A stretch of 63,395 nt of DNA, filler included, from Choristocarpus tenellus KU-1152 (taxonomy: Eukaryota; Protista; Phaeophyceae): NCBI GenBank assembly GCA_964200185.2. It is 12 parts of 12 records of this genome, joined end to end, with 100 filler letters (N's around TTAATTAATTAA, not from the genome) between each part and the next. Parts side by side here need not be neighbours in the genome. Positions count along the whole stretch, not along the records: positions 23,073 to 25,993 come from CAXNAD020023646.1; positions 26,094 to 28,798 come from CAXNAD020025467.1; positions 28,899 to 31,605 come from CAXNAD020025444.1; positions 31,706 to 36,253 come from CAXNAD020014054.1; positions 36,354 to 41,629 come from CAXNAD020011286.1; 7 more parts are not named here. One strand, 5' to 3'. Made by a program: the position numbers and the translations under genes. Below are positions 23,718 through 37,021 of this stretch, in pieces; the first letter of the stretch is position 1; each line of letters opens with the position of its first letter. Below the pieces are notes generated by a model. It was given only the letters and a program-made list of their open reading frames with translations, did no database searches and was not told where the DNA came from.

Positions 23718-26093
23718 CTTGCTGAATATCTTCTGGTAGATTTCCTAGGTAGATAACTCCCTAGGCGAGTGCATACCTGCGAATAGCACTGCAAAGAACT
23801 GATATTGTGAGTAGAAAGCCTTGAGGAGTGCTAGTGAGGTTAGCATACAATTAAATACATGAAATATATTATTCGGAGAGACCAATATCCTACCTAAGCA
23901 TGCTTAGCACAGCCAGGCTTAATTGCCACAGTCCAGTTTGATAGTGCTCAAAGAGATAAAAGGATTCTAACCTCTAGAGCTCTTTAATAGTTGGTTTACC
24001 ATCAATGAGTTCAACCTGGCAAAATCAAGCAGGGGCAGCTTGCAGTTTTCGGCATTTTTTGCAATATTTCTCTTTCTTTGCTTTTTGTCGTAAGTATTTG
24101 TTACACTTTTCTGGTCTTTTCTTTGTGTTGCCTTTCGCCACGTTGACCACGGGTCCAAGCATGTTGTATCTTGGTTCTTTCTCCATGACGACAGGTTCAA
24201 AATCTTGCAAGCATTGCATCATGCATGAAACATAATATGTGGTAATCAGTCCAATCTATTAGGCTGGTGCTACCCCAACATTGGAAGTTCTTGCTCAAAT
24301 TGTCAGATGCTCTTCTATACTAAGTGCTTGCTGGTTAGGATTCACAGGCACGATGTTTGAGTCAGGTTATGTTCTTTTTTCTCTTTTTGTTCCTAGAGCT
24401 GGACATTTGTTCATATTTAAAGTGGTATGCGTAATTAACAACACTCCAACATCAAGGTTTAGAAGAACTCCATTATACGGAGTACATAGCGAACAGATCA
24501 CCCTATCTAATACAGGAAAATACTAATAGTGGAACTGGGTATGAGAGCATCAAGGCGACTACATGCACACGGAGGTTGGTGTTTCTGGGTGGGTTTTGTG
24601 GCAAGAGTGGGCATATCCGAGAACTTGATATAAAGGGGGAGTTTCAGCTGAGAAGCCAAAGGAGATGAAGAGAGGACTGGAGAAAGGCTGTTGTTGATTG
24701 TGCCTCCAAGATGACCTTAAGAATTTAGGATCCCAGATGAAAACAGGGATCTCCTTGCAGAGTAACCAACCAACCAGTGGCACAGATGTCACAGCAGAGG
24801 ATGATGCCAAACACCTCATCAATGTCTAGCATATTGAAGGGAGGTTGACACAGTCATAGCTCGCTACGTGAAAGTTGCAATAGTCACTAAAAACACGTCA
24901 TACTCCTTGCTAAGTTTTGAGTTGATGAGAAGAGGGTCTGGCCTAGGATAACCCCTTGGTGCGGGTGGTTGTCCTACCTATGAGTGTTGCTGGTGGATGT
25001 AGAGGACCTGACTTGATTTGTTTTATTTATCACTGTGAGTGGATATATGCCCTCCTTGGACTAACACTGTGTTGGATCAAACTAAGAATATATGTAAATC
25101 AATTGATCATACAACAAATAAATATCGAGCACTTCAAAAAAGGCATTTCTGACACAAGGAGCTAGCACTGATCCAAGCATTATGCCTAGTATATGCTAAC
25201 TCAAGTACGGAAAAGCATAGGCAAGCACTCAAACATCGAGGGGTTCACTGGCACCAGTTCTATAATGATAACAAATACATATATTATAACTTCATGTACA
25301 TATAGATCTGATGCTGCACCGAAAATCAGAACATGAATTGACTGCAAATAGATGAAGGAGATTCATCACACATGTGCTAAACGTTTACTTTGAGCGCCTA
25401 ATTTTTCTACGTTCGTTCCTCCTTTGTCTCTGGACAAATATAGACCACCTCCATAGTATCAGTCCAGGAGCAGCCTTAGCTGCTTGTATCAGCGCAAACA
25501 CGTACAGATAAATATTTATTGTTTTTAGAAATAATACATAACTCTTCTCATATAGTGTGATATAGTTTTGTTTAATATTTTCTCATACACAATACAGGCA
25601 CCAGGAACTAACTACCACTGTTGCTAGTCTATAGAAACAACTTCATTTTAAGTCGTACAGAGTTGCTGCGTTCGTCGTACTCTCTGCCTTGTATGTTACT
25701 TCTTGTACCTTGCACAACAACCTACTCAGAATGTTAGTAGAGATAAATACAGTACCTACCCCGATTTTGGGCCAAATATTATGAACCAAATCGAAAAAAT
25801 ATGCAATTTTATACCGCTTTTTTCGACATGCTAAAAAATAGGCTTTTGTACCGGAATTATCGTAATCGGGCGATTTGGTACAAAATCCCAGAGATATTCA
25901 CACGAGATTGGCGCGCGCGTAAACATTTCTCGCGAAAAGTGCCTTTCTTCCTGAGGCTTGACCACATAGCAGTACAGTACGTTGCTGGTAGGGNNNNNNN
26001 NNNNNNNNNNNNNNNNNNNNNNNNNNNNNNNNNNNNNTTAATTAATTAANNNNNNNNNNNNNNNNNNNNNNNNNNNNNNNNNNNNNNNNNNNN

Positions 26094-26134
26094 CACTATC
26101 TACGAACACCCCCCCCCCCCAGATACTTTGACCC
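26094..26134. mobile_element. MITE family B terminus
   Basis: Poly-C followed by agatactttgaccc at contig start. Confidence 0.65.
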
Positions 26135-26555
26135 GAAAGGTGATCTGGGGGGTTGGACTCCCATGCGACTTTCACATTCATCACCATCTTCTACAATTTC
26201 GCGGTTTCCTCATCTGAATGAATGAGAAATTGTTCCCTCAATTGCCTCCAAGCCTCCGATGGTGAAACTGCATCGGGAACAATGCACCTGTGGAAATCAG
26301 TGATGCTTCCTCAGCAAAATTTCATACTACTTCTGTACCATAAGTTTGTGCCTCAAAACATCTGGGCTTGCCGAGCGCTAACGGCGCCGAATTGGTCAAT
26401 AACCCCTCAGAATCTAATCGGGTTGACAATATCAGCTTTCAGAAAAGGTGGGGGTCAAGGATCATCAGGTACAAACTCGAAGTACTTCAAGCCGTCAAAG
26501 TAGGGGTCTTTTGGGGTGGTTTTGAGACCGGAACTGGGCATGTTGAGGATCAGAA

Positions 26556-27978
26556 CGTCGGCATGGCAACCCCCCTGTCGACCCCCCCGTTTAGGAAGAG
26601 TGCCCAAGTGCCCCTGAATACCAGGGTTGCGTTTGCAGTGCGGCACGCCCTCGTGATGGTCCCTGGTGAGAATAAACTGCCGCAACACGTTGGCCTGACC
26701 CTCGCAGAGGAGTTTGGAGTGTCCAAGCATTACATGCGAGGGCTCTGGGAGGACATTGCTGATCAGCTCACTCTAGTCACACGCTTGACCTAGGGGTGGC
26801 AGCACGTAGTGGGCGACCTTCAGAGCTCACACCAACCAAGGTGGCTGCAATACATAGATAGTATCAATTCCGATAGTCGGCCATCCACAGTGCATCAGGT
26901 TACAATGAAGATGGCAACCAAGGGGCTGAATTATAGCACAAGCACCATTAACAGGTGGTTGGATGATATGGGGGCCATGCCGAATCGCCGCTGGATCAAA
27001 TCCAAGCTTATATCGTGGCAAAAGGTATGGAGAATGGACTTTGTTTTCGACCAAGTGGACTGGAAACATGGTGTGTACACCTCCATGGCAAACATGATCC
27101 ATGTGGATGAAACCTGGTTTTACGTGATGGCTAAAATGGGAAAAGGGTTAGGGTATTTCCGCATGAGGATGATAGCTACCTTCCAGGGTCCCCTACTGTG
27201 CAGCACAAGAGTCATATCCCCCAAACCACGATCATTGCAGCCAATGCCCACCCAGATTCGGCTCACAACTTTGATGGAAAGCTTGGTGTTTGGCGTGTGT
27301 GTGCACCAAAAACGGCAGACAGGACAAGCAAGAACCATAAAAAGGGGGATATCTATGAGCAGGACTGTACTTTAGAGCATTTGTGGTACACGAAGGAACT
27401 ACTGCCTGCAACTAACACCAAGATGCCTTGGTTGAAGGGGAAGCACATTGTCATTCAGCAAGACAGTGCCACCCCCCACACAGGCAAGGGCAACTCAGAA
27501 ATCTTGTCAGGGGCAGAGAAGACTGAGGGGTGGTCGATTAGGCTTGTGGCACAGCCATCTAATTCGCCCGATCTCAATATCATGGACCTGTGCTTCTTCA
27601 GGTCTTTGAAATGCCGGGAGATGGGGGAGTGGTGTGGGTCCGTCGAGGAGATGGTGAAGGTCATTAAGAAATAGTACAAGGAGTATGATGAAACCACACT
27701 TGAGAGGGCTGGTCTGTCGAGGAGATGGTGAAGGTCATTAAGAAACAGTATGAGGAGTATGATGAAACCATACTTGGGAGGGATTAGCAGCTCCGTTTTG
27801 TGGTGTACAATCAAGTACTTAGATACAAAGGGGGGAATGACTTCAGTGTGGAGCACACAGGGGTAAGGAAGAGGCAGTTGTCTGGTGAGCTTGAAAACAT
27901 GTAGAAGGTAGACATAGAGGCTTTTTCTGTGTCTGATAAAATTGTGATGGATGGGGAGTTTGAATTAGAAAAAGAGCT
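26556..27978 (+). pseudogene. Tc1/mariner transposase pseudogene, DD39D-like family
   Basis: IHVDETWFY, IQQDSATPH, QPSNSPDLNIMDLCFF motifs; frameshifts, stops and a ~74-bp internal tandem duplication at 27642-27780. Confidence 0.9.
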
Positions 27979-28237
27979 GGGTGAAAGTATCTTAGAGGGT
28001 ACGACCTTTTACCTGTTTGTCCATATGGGGCTTGGCTTCCTACGGATTGTTATTGACATTTTTCCTACTCCAAACTGTTTTGGAGTATGTAAAATGTATA
28101 CGTTATGAAAAGGTGTGTCCAGAACAAGGATATTGACATCTCCTAACAAACATGATAGTCAAAATTACATCAAAATTGCAACATTGGATTTTGGCCTCCA
28201 AATGGATGCAGCTCTAAGTTCTAAGATACTTTGACTC
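27979..28237 (+). mobile_element. MITE family A, complete
   Basis: gggtgaaagtatcttagagggta...ctaagatactttgactc; TSD AGCT on both sides. Confidence 0.9.
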
Positions 28238-28255
28238 AGCTAACTAACCCTAACC

Positions 28256-28568
28256 AGAAATTCGTCAAGGGTTCCAAATCTTCTTTCAGAAATGAGTTTC
28301 ATAAACATCTTCAAAAGTTATGGGCAACGCGGCACAGGCTTATGGCACGAAGGTAGGATGTCTTTTTGGCTTTGACGACCTCATCTTCATTCACATCCTC
28401 CCCCGTGATGGAGTTGATGTCACCCACTCTGATAGAGTCCTCCCTCTCTTCTAGTGCATCATCGATGTCACCTTTTGTGCGCAAAAACGCACGCGCTGTG
28501 GCAAATCAATTTGCATAGTTTTCATCCGTCAGTTGGGGGAGTTTGGCACGGAGCCTAACTAAGACCAT
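28256..28568 (-). pseudogene. Ty1/copia gag N-terminal fragment
   Basis: MVLVRLRAKLPQLTDENYAN*FATARAFLR resembles the copia gag PxLxxxNYxxW motif, with Trp mutated to TGA. Confidence 0.5.
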
Positions 28569-28620
28569 GAGTGTAGTTCACAACCCAAAACCACTCCAGC
28601 TCCAGTGTGCCTCCTCTAGC

Positions 28621-28798
28621 TAACAGCAGATTTCAAAAATTGAGGATGGAGCTTTTCATTGAGGATGAGCTTGACCCAAAATTGACTGGGATAAAGTGTC
28701 GATATATATATATTTTTAAATGACAATACAAAAAAAAACATATCGACACTTTATCCCAGTCAATTTTGGGTTAGCTCATCCTCAACTAAAAGCTCCAT
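28621..28798. mobile_element. Foldback MITE family D, truncated at contig end
   Basis: Nearly identical to the palindrome at 35626-35829. Confidence 0.85.
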
Positions 28799-28898
28799 NN
28801 NNNNNNNNNNNNNNNNNNNNNNNNNNNNNNNNNNNNNNNNNNTTAATTAATTAANNNNNNNNNNNNNNNNNNNNNNNNNNNNNNNNNNNNNNNNNNNN

Positions 28899-28980
28899 AC
28901 TGTAAATGCACTTTTCCTGATTTTGACCCAAAGGGACACCGTTGTGTGGACCCCCCCCCCCCTCCCAGATACTTTGGGTC
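28899..28980 (-). mobile_element. MITE family B, partial
   Basis: Reverse complement of the family B left half, ending ccagatactttgggtc. Confidence 0.8.
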
Positions 28981-29199
28981 AAAGAGACAATTATAAACAA
29001 ACATCATTCAGCATGCAGTGAGTGGCGAGCGAGTGGTTATGCATGCTGTGTGTCCTGATCTGCTTTGGTTGACTTAACCCCTGTTTTATTTGCATGACTC
29101 AAAAACCCACTATCTCAGGCTCTCTGCCATGCCACTCGCGGACGAATCTCTATAGTAGTAATATTTATTCATCAACCATACACTTCTTGTAGCACCAGT

Positions 29200-29460
29200 G
29201 AGTCAAAGTTTAACGAGAGACACCCAGGTTTTGGTCGTATTGCATTTTGCAGTCTGTTTTTCAATTTTGTGCAATTCACTTATATTTGTATGGATAAAGT
29301 TCTGAGTCCCACTTGAAAGCGTTCCTTTCTCTATTTTAAAGATCTTTTTCGATACAACGCAGTAAATGTCCTATACCCACATTAAAAAGTCGTTTTTTTT
29401 GTGCACATTTGTCAACATCATTAGAAGGCAACTCTGGGTACCCCTCGTTTACTTTGACTT
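29200..29460 (-). mobile_element. MITE family C
   Basis: gagtcaaagtttaacgagag...gcaactctgggtacccctcgtttactttgactt; flanked by agt/agt. Confidence 0.8.
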
Positions 29461-30030
29461 AGTCTGTACTGGTTTGATTCAAACCAACCTAGAGTTCGGT
29501 AGGGTTACATTTTTTTTGGGATCCCAAGAAAGAGCAAAAATATTCCAATTTGTACAATTCGGAAAAAGAGCCTTCTCTGAATAGTGGTGCCACTTCGCAT
29601 GTGGAAAGGAGAACCAATTATGCGTACACTATTGGGAACATATGCAACGAAATAAGGTATATTGCGTAGGGTAAGAAAGATGGCTTAGAATGCAAAAGGA
29701 TTTAAACTTGCCTACCTCTCAGTTCGTTTCACCCATCGGATAATTCAAATCCGATCTGTGGCATGCAAGACAATTTCGGACAAACCAATGGTTGTTCCCA
29801 TCATAAACCTGAGATATGCATGTTTTTGGCACATCCTGACATATTAAAGATATAGGAGTTAACTCTTTCATTACAGGTGAGTGTTATCACAATGTTTGTA
29901 CATGTTTCACAGAAGATGAATCGTACGGGCATTTTTTTGTAATGTTTTCAATACAGGAGTGGTGGTACCAACATATATTATTATGCCCTCTGACATTTTG
30001 CAGATGTGTCAAGGGAAAACCAATGAAAAG

Positions 30031-30210
30031 GACCTAAAGTATCTGGGGGCGGGGGGGGGTCTACACCAGGGTGTCCATTTGTGACAAAATCAGGAAAAGT
30101 GTATTTACATTATCCATCCAAAGTATGCAATCAAATCATCCAAAAACCGCGACTTGAAAAAATTGATCCCAAATGGACAGTCGCCACCCACCCCCCAGAT
30201 ACTTTGAGCC
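30031..30210 (+). mobile_element. MITE family B, complete (180 bp)
   Basis: TIRs gacctaaagtatctggggg / ccccccagatactttgagcc; TSD AAAG on both sides. Confidence 0.9.
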
Positions 30211-30434
30211 AAAGCCAATTCAGTATCATGAGAACCTCTGTAAAAGTAACACTTATCGTAAATGTTAAATATATTTTTCTATGTACTATTTTTCTACCGC
30301 CTATGCTGCATCACTCCCCTCCTACGCCTCCAACCTAGCTTAGTCCTACACCACAGGGCGAGGAGCTAGGGAAGCATCCCAATAGTCTGACAGGCCCTTT
30401 CTTGCCCATCTCCCTGTTGTTTCTAGCCTTAAAC

Positions 30435-30691
30435 GGCTCAAAGTATCTTAGAGGGTAGAGCCGCATCCATTTGGGGACCAAAATCCAATGTTGAAATTTT
30501 GATGTAATTTTGGCTACCATGTTCGTTAGGAGATGTCAATATCCTTGTTCCAGACACTCCTTTTCATAACGTATACATTTTACCTACCCAAACATTTCAG
30601 AGTAGGTAAAATTTAAGTACAAACCCGTCGGAAGCCAAGCCCCAAATGGACAAACAGGGCAAATCTCGTACCCTCTAAGATACTTTCACTC
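30435..30691 (-). mobile_element. MITE family A, complete
   Basis: Reverse-orientation copy; TSD AAAC at 30431-30434 and 30692-30695. Confidence 0.9.
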
Positions 30692-30976
30692 AAACAAATG
30701 CATGACACGTCTTGATAGAGCCACCTGTGTTGTGACAGACACTATTTGTTGTAAACGGGATTTGACAGCTCCTGTCCTGCTGTAGCCTCCCGCCCCTCTC
30801 CCCCCTACCACGTGCGTAGCCAACTCATCCAGAAAACTTTCTGCTTGCTTACCGAGGCACCCAAAACTTCTACTGTGACGGTGTTGAGGTTAAAACTATG
30901 CAATACACGAAATGTGAACAACAGTCACCAAGGAATAATATTCGGTACATGTGTTCAAGTTGAAAAAGGTAAGAAA

Positions 30977-31164
30977 GGCTCGAAGTATCTGGGGGGTGGG
31001 TGGGAAGGGGGGTCTACACCAGGGTGTCCATTCGGGCCCTGACCAGGATAAGTGCACATACACTATCCATCCGACGCATTCAACTAAATCACCCCAAAAT
31101 AACGACATGGAAAATGAGCCCCGAATGGACAGCTGGCACTCCCCCCAGATAGATACTTCGAGTC
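30977..31164 (+). mobile_element. MITE family B, complete
   Basis: ggctcgaagtatctggggg...agatacttcgagtc; flanks share aaa. Confidence 0.85.
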
Positions 31165-31317
31165 AAATCCCGTCATGACAGATACACTTGACGCGTCATG
31201 TCACCCAGAACCATGTGAAGGGCTTCCACAACGTGTCAGTTTAGGAAGGGGGTGATATTTAGTATATATTTGTTATAGTATCGCATGGAATTACCACTGT
31301 ATATCTTAGTAGCTTGA

Positions 31318-31495
31318 GATTTGTACACAATAGTTCTTTCGTATTAAGTTTTATGGTAAGATTTGTAGACAAATGTTCTTTCTTATTAAATCACAACGTA
31401 CACTTTGTACGCAATTGTTCTCCCTATATTAAAATACAATGTAGGATTTGTACGCGATAGTTCTTTCTTGTTAAAAAAAAGGAAGATTTGTATAT
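31318..31495. repeat. Degenerate ~40-45-bp tandem repeats, possibly subterminal repeats of a DNA transposon
   Basis: gatttgtacacaatagttctttcgtattaa motif about 4.5 times. Confidence 0.6.
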
Positions 31496-31571
31496 CAAGA
31501 TGAGTCCGAAATAGATCAGCGATGAGTCAAACCAATTGAGAGGTAGGCAAGTTTGGACCCCTTGGCATTCT

Positions 31572-31605
31572 GACCCAAAGTATCTGGGAGGGGGGGGGGG
31601 GTCTA
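31572..31605 (+). mobile_element. MITE family B terminus at contig end
   Basis: gacccaaagtatctgggag + poly-G + tcta. Confidence 0.75.
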
Positions 31606-32178
31606 NNNNNNNNNNNNNNNNNNNNNNNNNNNNNNNNNNNNNNNNNNNNTTAATTAATTAANNNNNNNNNNNNNNNNNNNNNNNNNNNNNNNNNNNNNNN
31701 NNNNNTATATATGCTGTGTTGTGATGATCTCCTCGATTTTTTTTTTTTTTTTTTTAATAATGTTTTGAAGGACATAGCTCATCTGCCACGCACGCACCCC
31801 CACCCCCCTCCTCCCCTTCATGACCACAGCAACTAGAACTCTTGCAAATATTCAAATGATGTTTCTTATTGTTTGCGTTTTGGATGAGAGTGATGAGTGA
31901 CGAGCGCAGAGATAGCGCGAGGAACTTTCTTGCCCCCGAAAAGAGGATATTATTATCGTCGTACGGTCAGTTGCTGATTTGTTGTGCGAAAGGTCTTTGT
32001 ATGTGGCCATTTTCTCAACTCCACTCCTCACCTTATAACAAGGTTGACATCACTGTAGTAGTAGACCTTCTCCCTCCTCCCCCTCCCCCTTTCCCACCCT
32101 TGTCTTTTTTTTATTCCCTTTTTTCGTTGGCCATCCCTTTCAACAACAATGAATGGATCAATGCTGTGTCAAACCCAG

Positions 32179-33476
<1,298 letters not shown>

Positions 33477-35625
33477 CTCCATGTGTGTTCATGTCATGTC
33501 CAAGGTCTTCCTTTTTGCCAAGTTTGCTCATAACATAGGAAATATTGTGTTGTTCAACGCACCTTGAGAAGTTATTGTGATTGTCATTGTGATTGCTATT
33601 CCACATCTTTCTTCTGCCAAACTTTTCACAAACTCTTGTAGCTTGAAGTGTGAATACAATGGGATGTGAGGGGGTGGCTGTGTATATCACAAGGGGCGTC
33701 TCCACCCACTCCAACTTGAAGTGGTTACTTTGCACCCATCATACAGACTTTAGGGCGAGCTCTTGGTGTGAAAGGAATCACTGTAGTATGATGGCTACAT
33801 AGAGCTGAAATAGCACCTGTCAACAACAGTACTGCCAATGATGAAAGAAACTTCATTAACAAAGCCCAATATCGGAAGAATCGGCTCTTCTGGTTTGCGA
33901 GTGGCTGCACCTCCTTGCATACCATCTATGCTTCATTTGAAGAATGTAAATTGACATGATATTTCAGTCATTGTTGCTACATGATACCGCATGTTCATTT
34001 AGCTCCTCTGTTGACACAGCATGCAGTCCTTTCCCTATCTAAGGTGTACTGAACTACTCCACTCTGTTCCTATCCTATGAACTTCTATTTTACCTCCTAG
34101 AAAATTGGAACAGGTAGATCCCCTCCTCAAGCTAAAAGATTGATGAAGTATATAGAGCTGTTTTTGTACTGGCTGCCAACTAATCTATTTGATCCCCATA
34201 TCCGTGACTAGCGGATGGCAGTTCGGCCATGTGTTGTGTCATACTGATCTTTATCGGTCAATCAGGTAGTAATATCACACCCCTAACAATTCTGTTAATG
34301 TTTTTTGTGCATCCGTATACCAACATACTGCCAACCAAAAGCGAGACTTTAATTGTTTAGATAATTTCAACTCATATATATTTTGCTTAGCATTTACAGG
34401 AGCTTTATCACCATGTGTGCATCCATAGATTAGGAACTACTACTATTGTAAGGGTATCACATTGTGCTGACTGCAAGGTTTTGGAGCAGACCTTGGATTG
34501 TTGATGGCCTACTATGGTGGGTAATCCTGAGGTGAAGATAGCATTTTTGATTGGGTTTTGGTTTGGTCGACATCATGGCATGAGTTAAGAGAAGACTGTT
34601 GACGGTGTAGTGTGTGGAATTGCTGCACTGTTCAGGGTAAATGCATCATTTCATGCCGCTCCCGGAGTGCCCATATTTTCCATGTTGGCAATGAACGGGG
34701 GATTTCTAGAGTGTCAGCAGTGCACAAGGGTATTTGCTTCTATTTAAGACACTGGTAAGGAGATATCAGACATTGTACAAAGTGTAACATCATTCACCTA
34801 GGGACGTCCCACAAATCCTGTCAATCTTCGTTGTCACTACTAGTGCTTCCTTAAGTTTGGTGCAAATCGTTCCTCTTTTTTTAATGGCCTCTGCAACCTT
34901 TATTCCACTGGTAGGGATCTAATTGTTCTCTTTTCCTTCCTGTCCTCCACAAATGCATGTTGGTGGACCATTTTTTTTGTTGCCATTCCTAGGAGCCTCT
35001 TGGTCACCTTGACTGATGGTTGACTTTTCTCGTGTACAGGGAGGCTAGATACAGACTATAAAAATGAAAAAAAAAAAAAATCCTGCCTCGTATCAATGCG
35101 TCAATATAGTAGTTACAAGTAGTAATGATATCCTCTATACGGCTGTTGTTATTGTCAAGTGGTGTCCATGGCAGATTCCCTCCCTATGAATAGCAACTTC
35201 AATGCTGTCCCTATACGATTTGTAAGACCTCTAAATTAATAATAATTGTAGTTCGATTATTTCATTTATGGAGTAAGTATTTTTGTATTAGAGTTGATCA
35301 ACAATGAAAACGTTGTAGGAGTAGCATAATTGATTCTTCACTATAATAATACTCCAGAGGGATAAATGGAGTACTATAACTAACAGCTCTTGATGGTGTT
35401 GGTGGTTGAGGAGGCTGTAGGGTGTAAGGATTGCATAGTGTTAAACATTATTGTTTCAGTGGTATTTTACCAAGTCCGAGTTGTATTAGTAGAAGTATTA
35501 CTCCCTCTGTCCCCAAGTCTACAACGTTAAAGGTGTTGCTTCTCGAGATGACCTCTGATGGAAAAAAAAATGTTGGATCCCTTTATCTTTTTTACGTGAA
35601 ATTCATTCTTGATCGCTTCCACATA

Positions 35626-35829
35626 CAACAGCAGATTTCAAAAATTGAGGATGGAGCTTTTCATTAAGGATGGGCTTGACCCAAAATTAACTGGGATAAA
35701 GTGTCGATATGTATTTTTTTTTCAATGACAATACAAAAAAAAACATATCGACACTTTATCCCAGTCAATTTTTGGTCAAGCTCATCCTCAATGAAAAGCT
35801 CCATCCTCAATTTTTGGAATCTGCTGTTA
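35626..35829. mobile_element. Foldback MITE family D (Tc1/mariner-type, TA flanks)
   Basis: ~95-bp arms forming a near-perfect palindrome caacagcagatttcaaaaattgaggatgg...ccatcctcaatttttggaatctgctgtta, with TA on both sides. Confidence 0.9.
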
Positions 35830-36606
35830 TACCCATCAATCCACCATTGCGCCGCCACATCGAAAGTCCCTCTGTCAATTCTGAACAATTTTGGCAGACT
35901 TCCCTCGCGCCGTTTTTCTCAGGTCTGCTATGCTCTACCTCGAAATCATTACCCCTAGCACCTCCAAAACTTGATTGTACTGCTTCAGGAGACTCTACCA
36001 CACCCTCTCTAGAGTAGCTGTATCATGCCTGGCATGCATGCTCCTTAACTAACCCCTTCACAGGGTCGTCTGTTGCACCTTAACGCTCCCTCCAAACTCG
36101 ACTTTTTTTAGGGGGGTGCAAAGAACCCCAAATCGTTGGTATTGAGATATCATGTGACTGCACAGGCTGTGTTATGAGTTCGACGTTCCCCCCCCCCCCC
36201 CCCCCCCCCCCTCGCTGGCCCTCCGCGGGCGTGCTTTTCCTTTTTGTGGGGGTNNNNNNNNNNNNNNNNNNNNNNNNNNNNNNNNNNNNNNNNNNNNTTA
36301 ATTAATTAANNNNNNNNNNNNNNNNNNNNNNNNNNNNNNNNNNNNNNNNNNNNCATGGTCTATAGATGGATCTTGTGCCTCCCCCGCCCCCGCCCCCCCC
36401 CCAAAAAAAGCCCTGCTGTTAATGTAATTTGCCGGGATTGCTGCGCGCTGAAGGAAATCTCCTGCGCTCAATATGGGGACGAGATTATTTTTTTTTGCGA
36501 CTGGTATAGATCCACATCCTTACGCTGCTCAACACAGTACTGAAAGGTTTTTGTAGCAGTAGGTGGTGCTTAATTGTTTTTTTTTTTAAGCTTTTTCTTA
36601 CAGAAG

Positions 36607-36981
36607 ATGAATGATTGTATTGAGGTGGTAGTGTTCAGATTCCTCGTGGAGAACAGTCTGGAGGTATAGGTATAGGTGTAGAACCTGTTGATGCATATTT
36701 CTTTCTTTTTTTTTCGTGACGGTGCTAAACACGATGGTTCTCTACTCGTTACCCACCAATCTTAAGGATCCTCCGGGGCAATATACATCTGTCTACTCCT
36801 TGGCTATTAATGTATGTGCAGGATTATTGTGCTCTCACATTGTATTGAGATCAAGTTTTGACATCGCCCTCAAGCATGTTCAATTGTTTTTTGCCGTGGT
36901 TCTCACTACTTATCTTGCCAAACAGAATCCTAGGCTCCTTAATAACCGAACCAGCTTGTGCATTAGTTACATCAGGTGGCA

Positions 36982-37021
<40 letters not shown>

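Noticed and set aside
23720-25993. Identifiable transposase or Fanzor/TnpB gene
   Set aside because: Only a CxxC fragment and weak repeats; no RuvC or DDE motifs readable.
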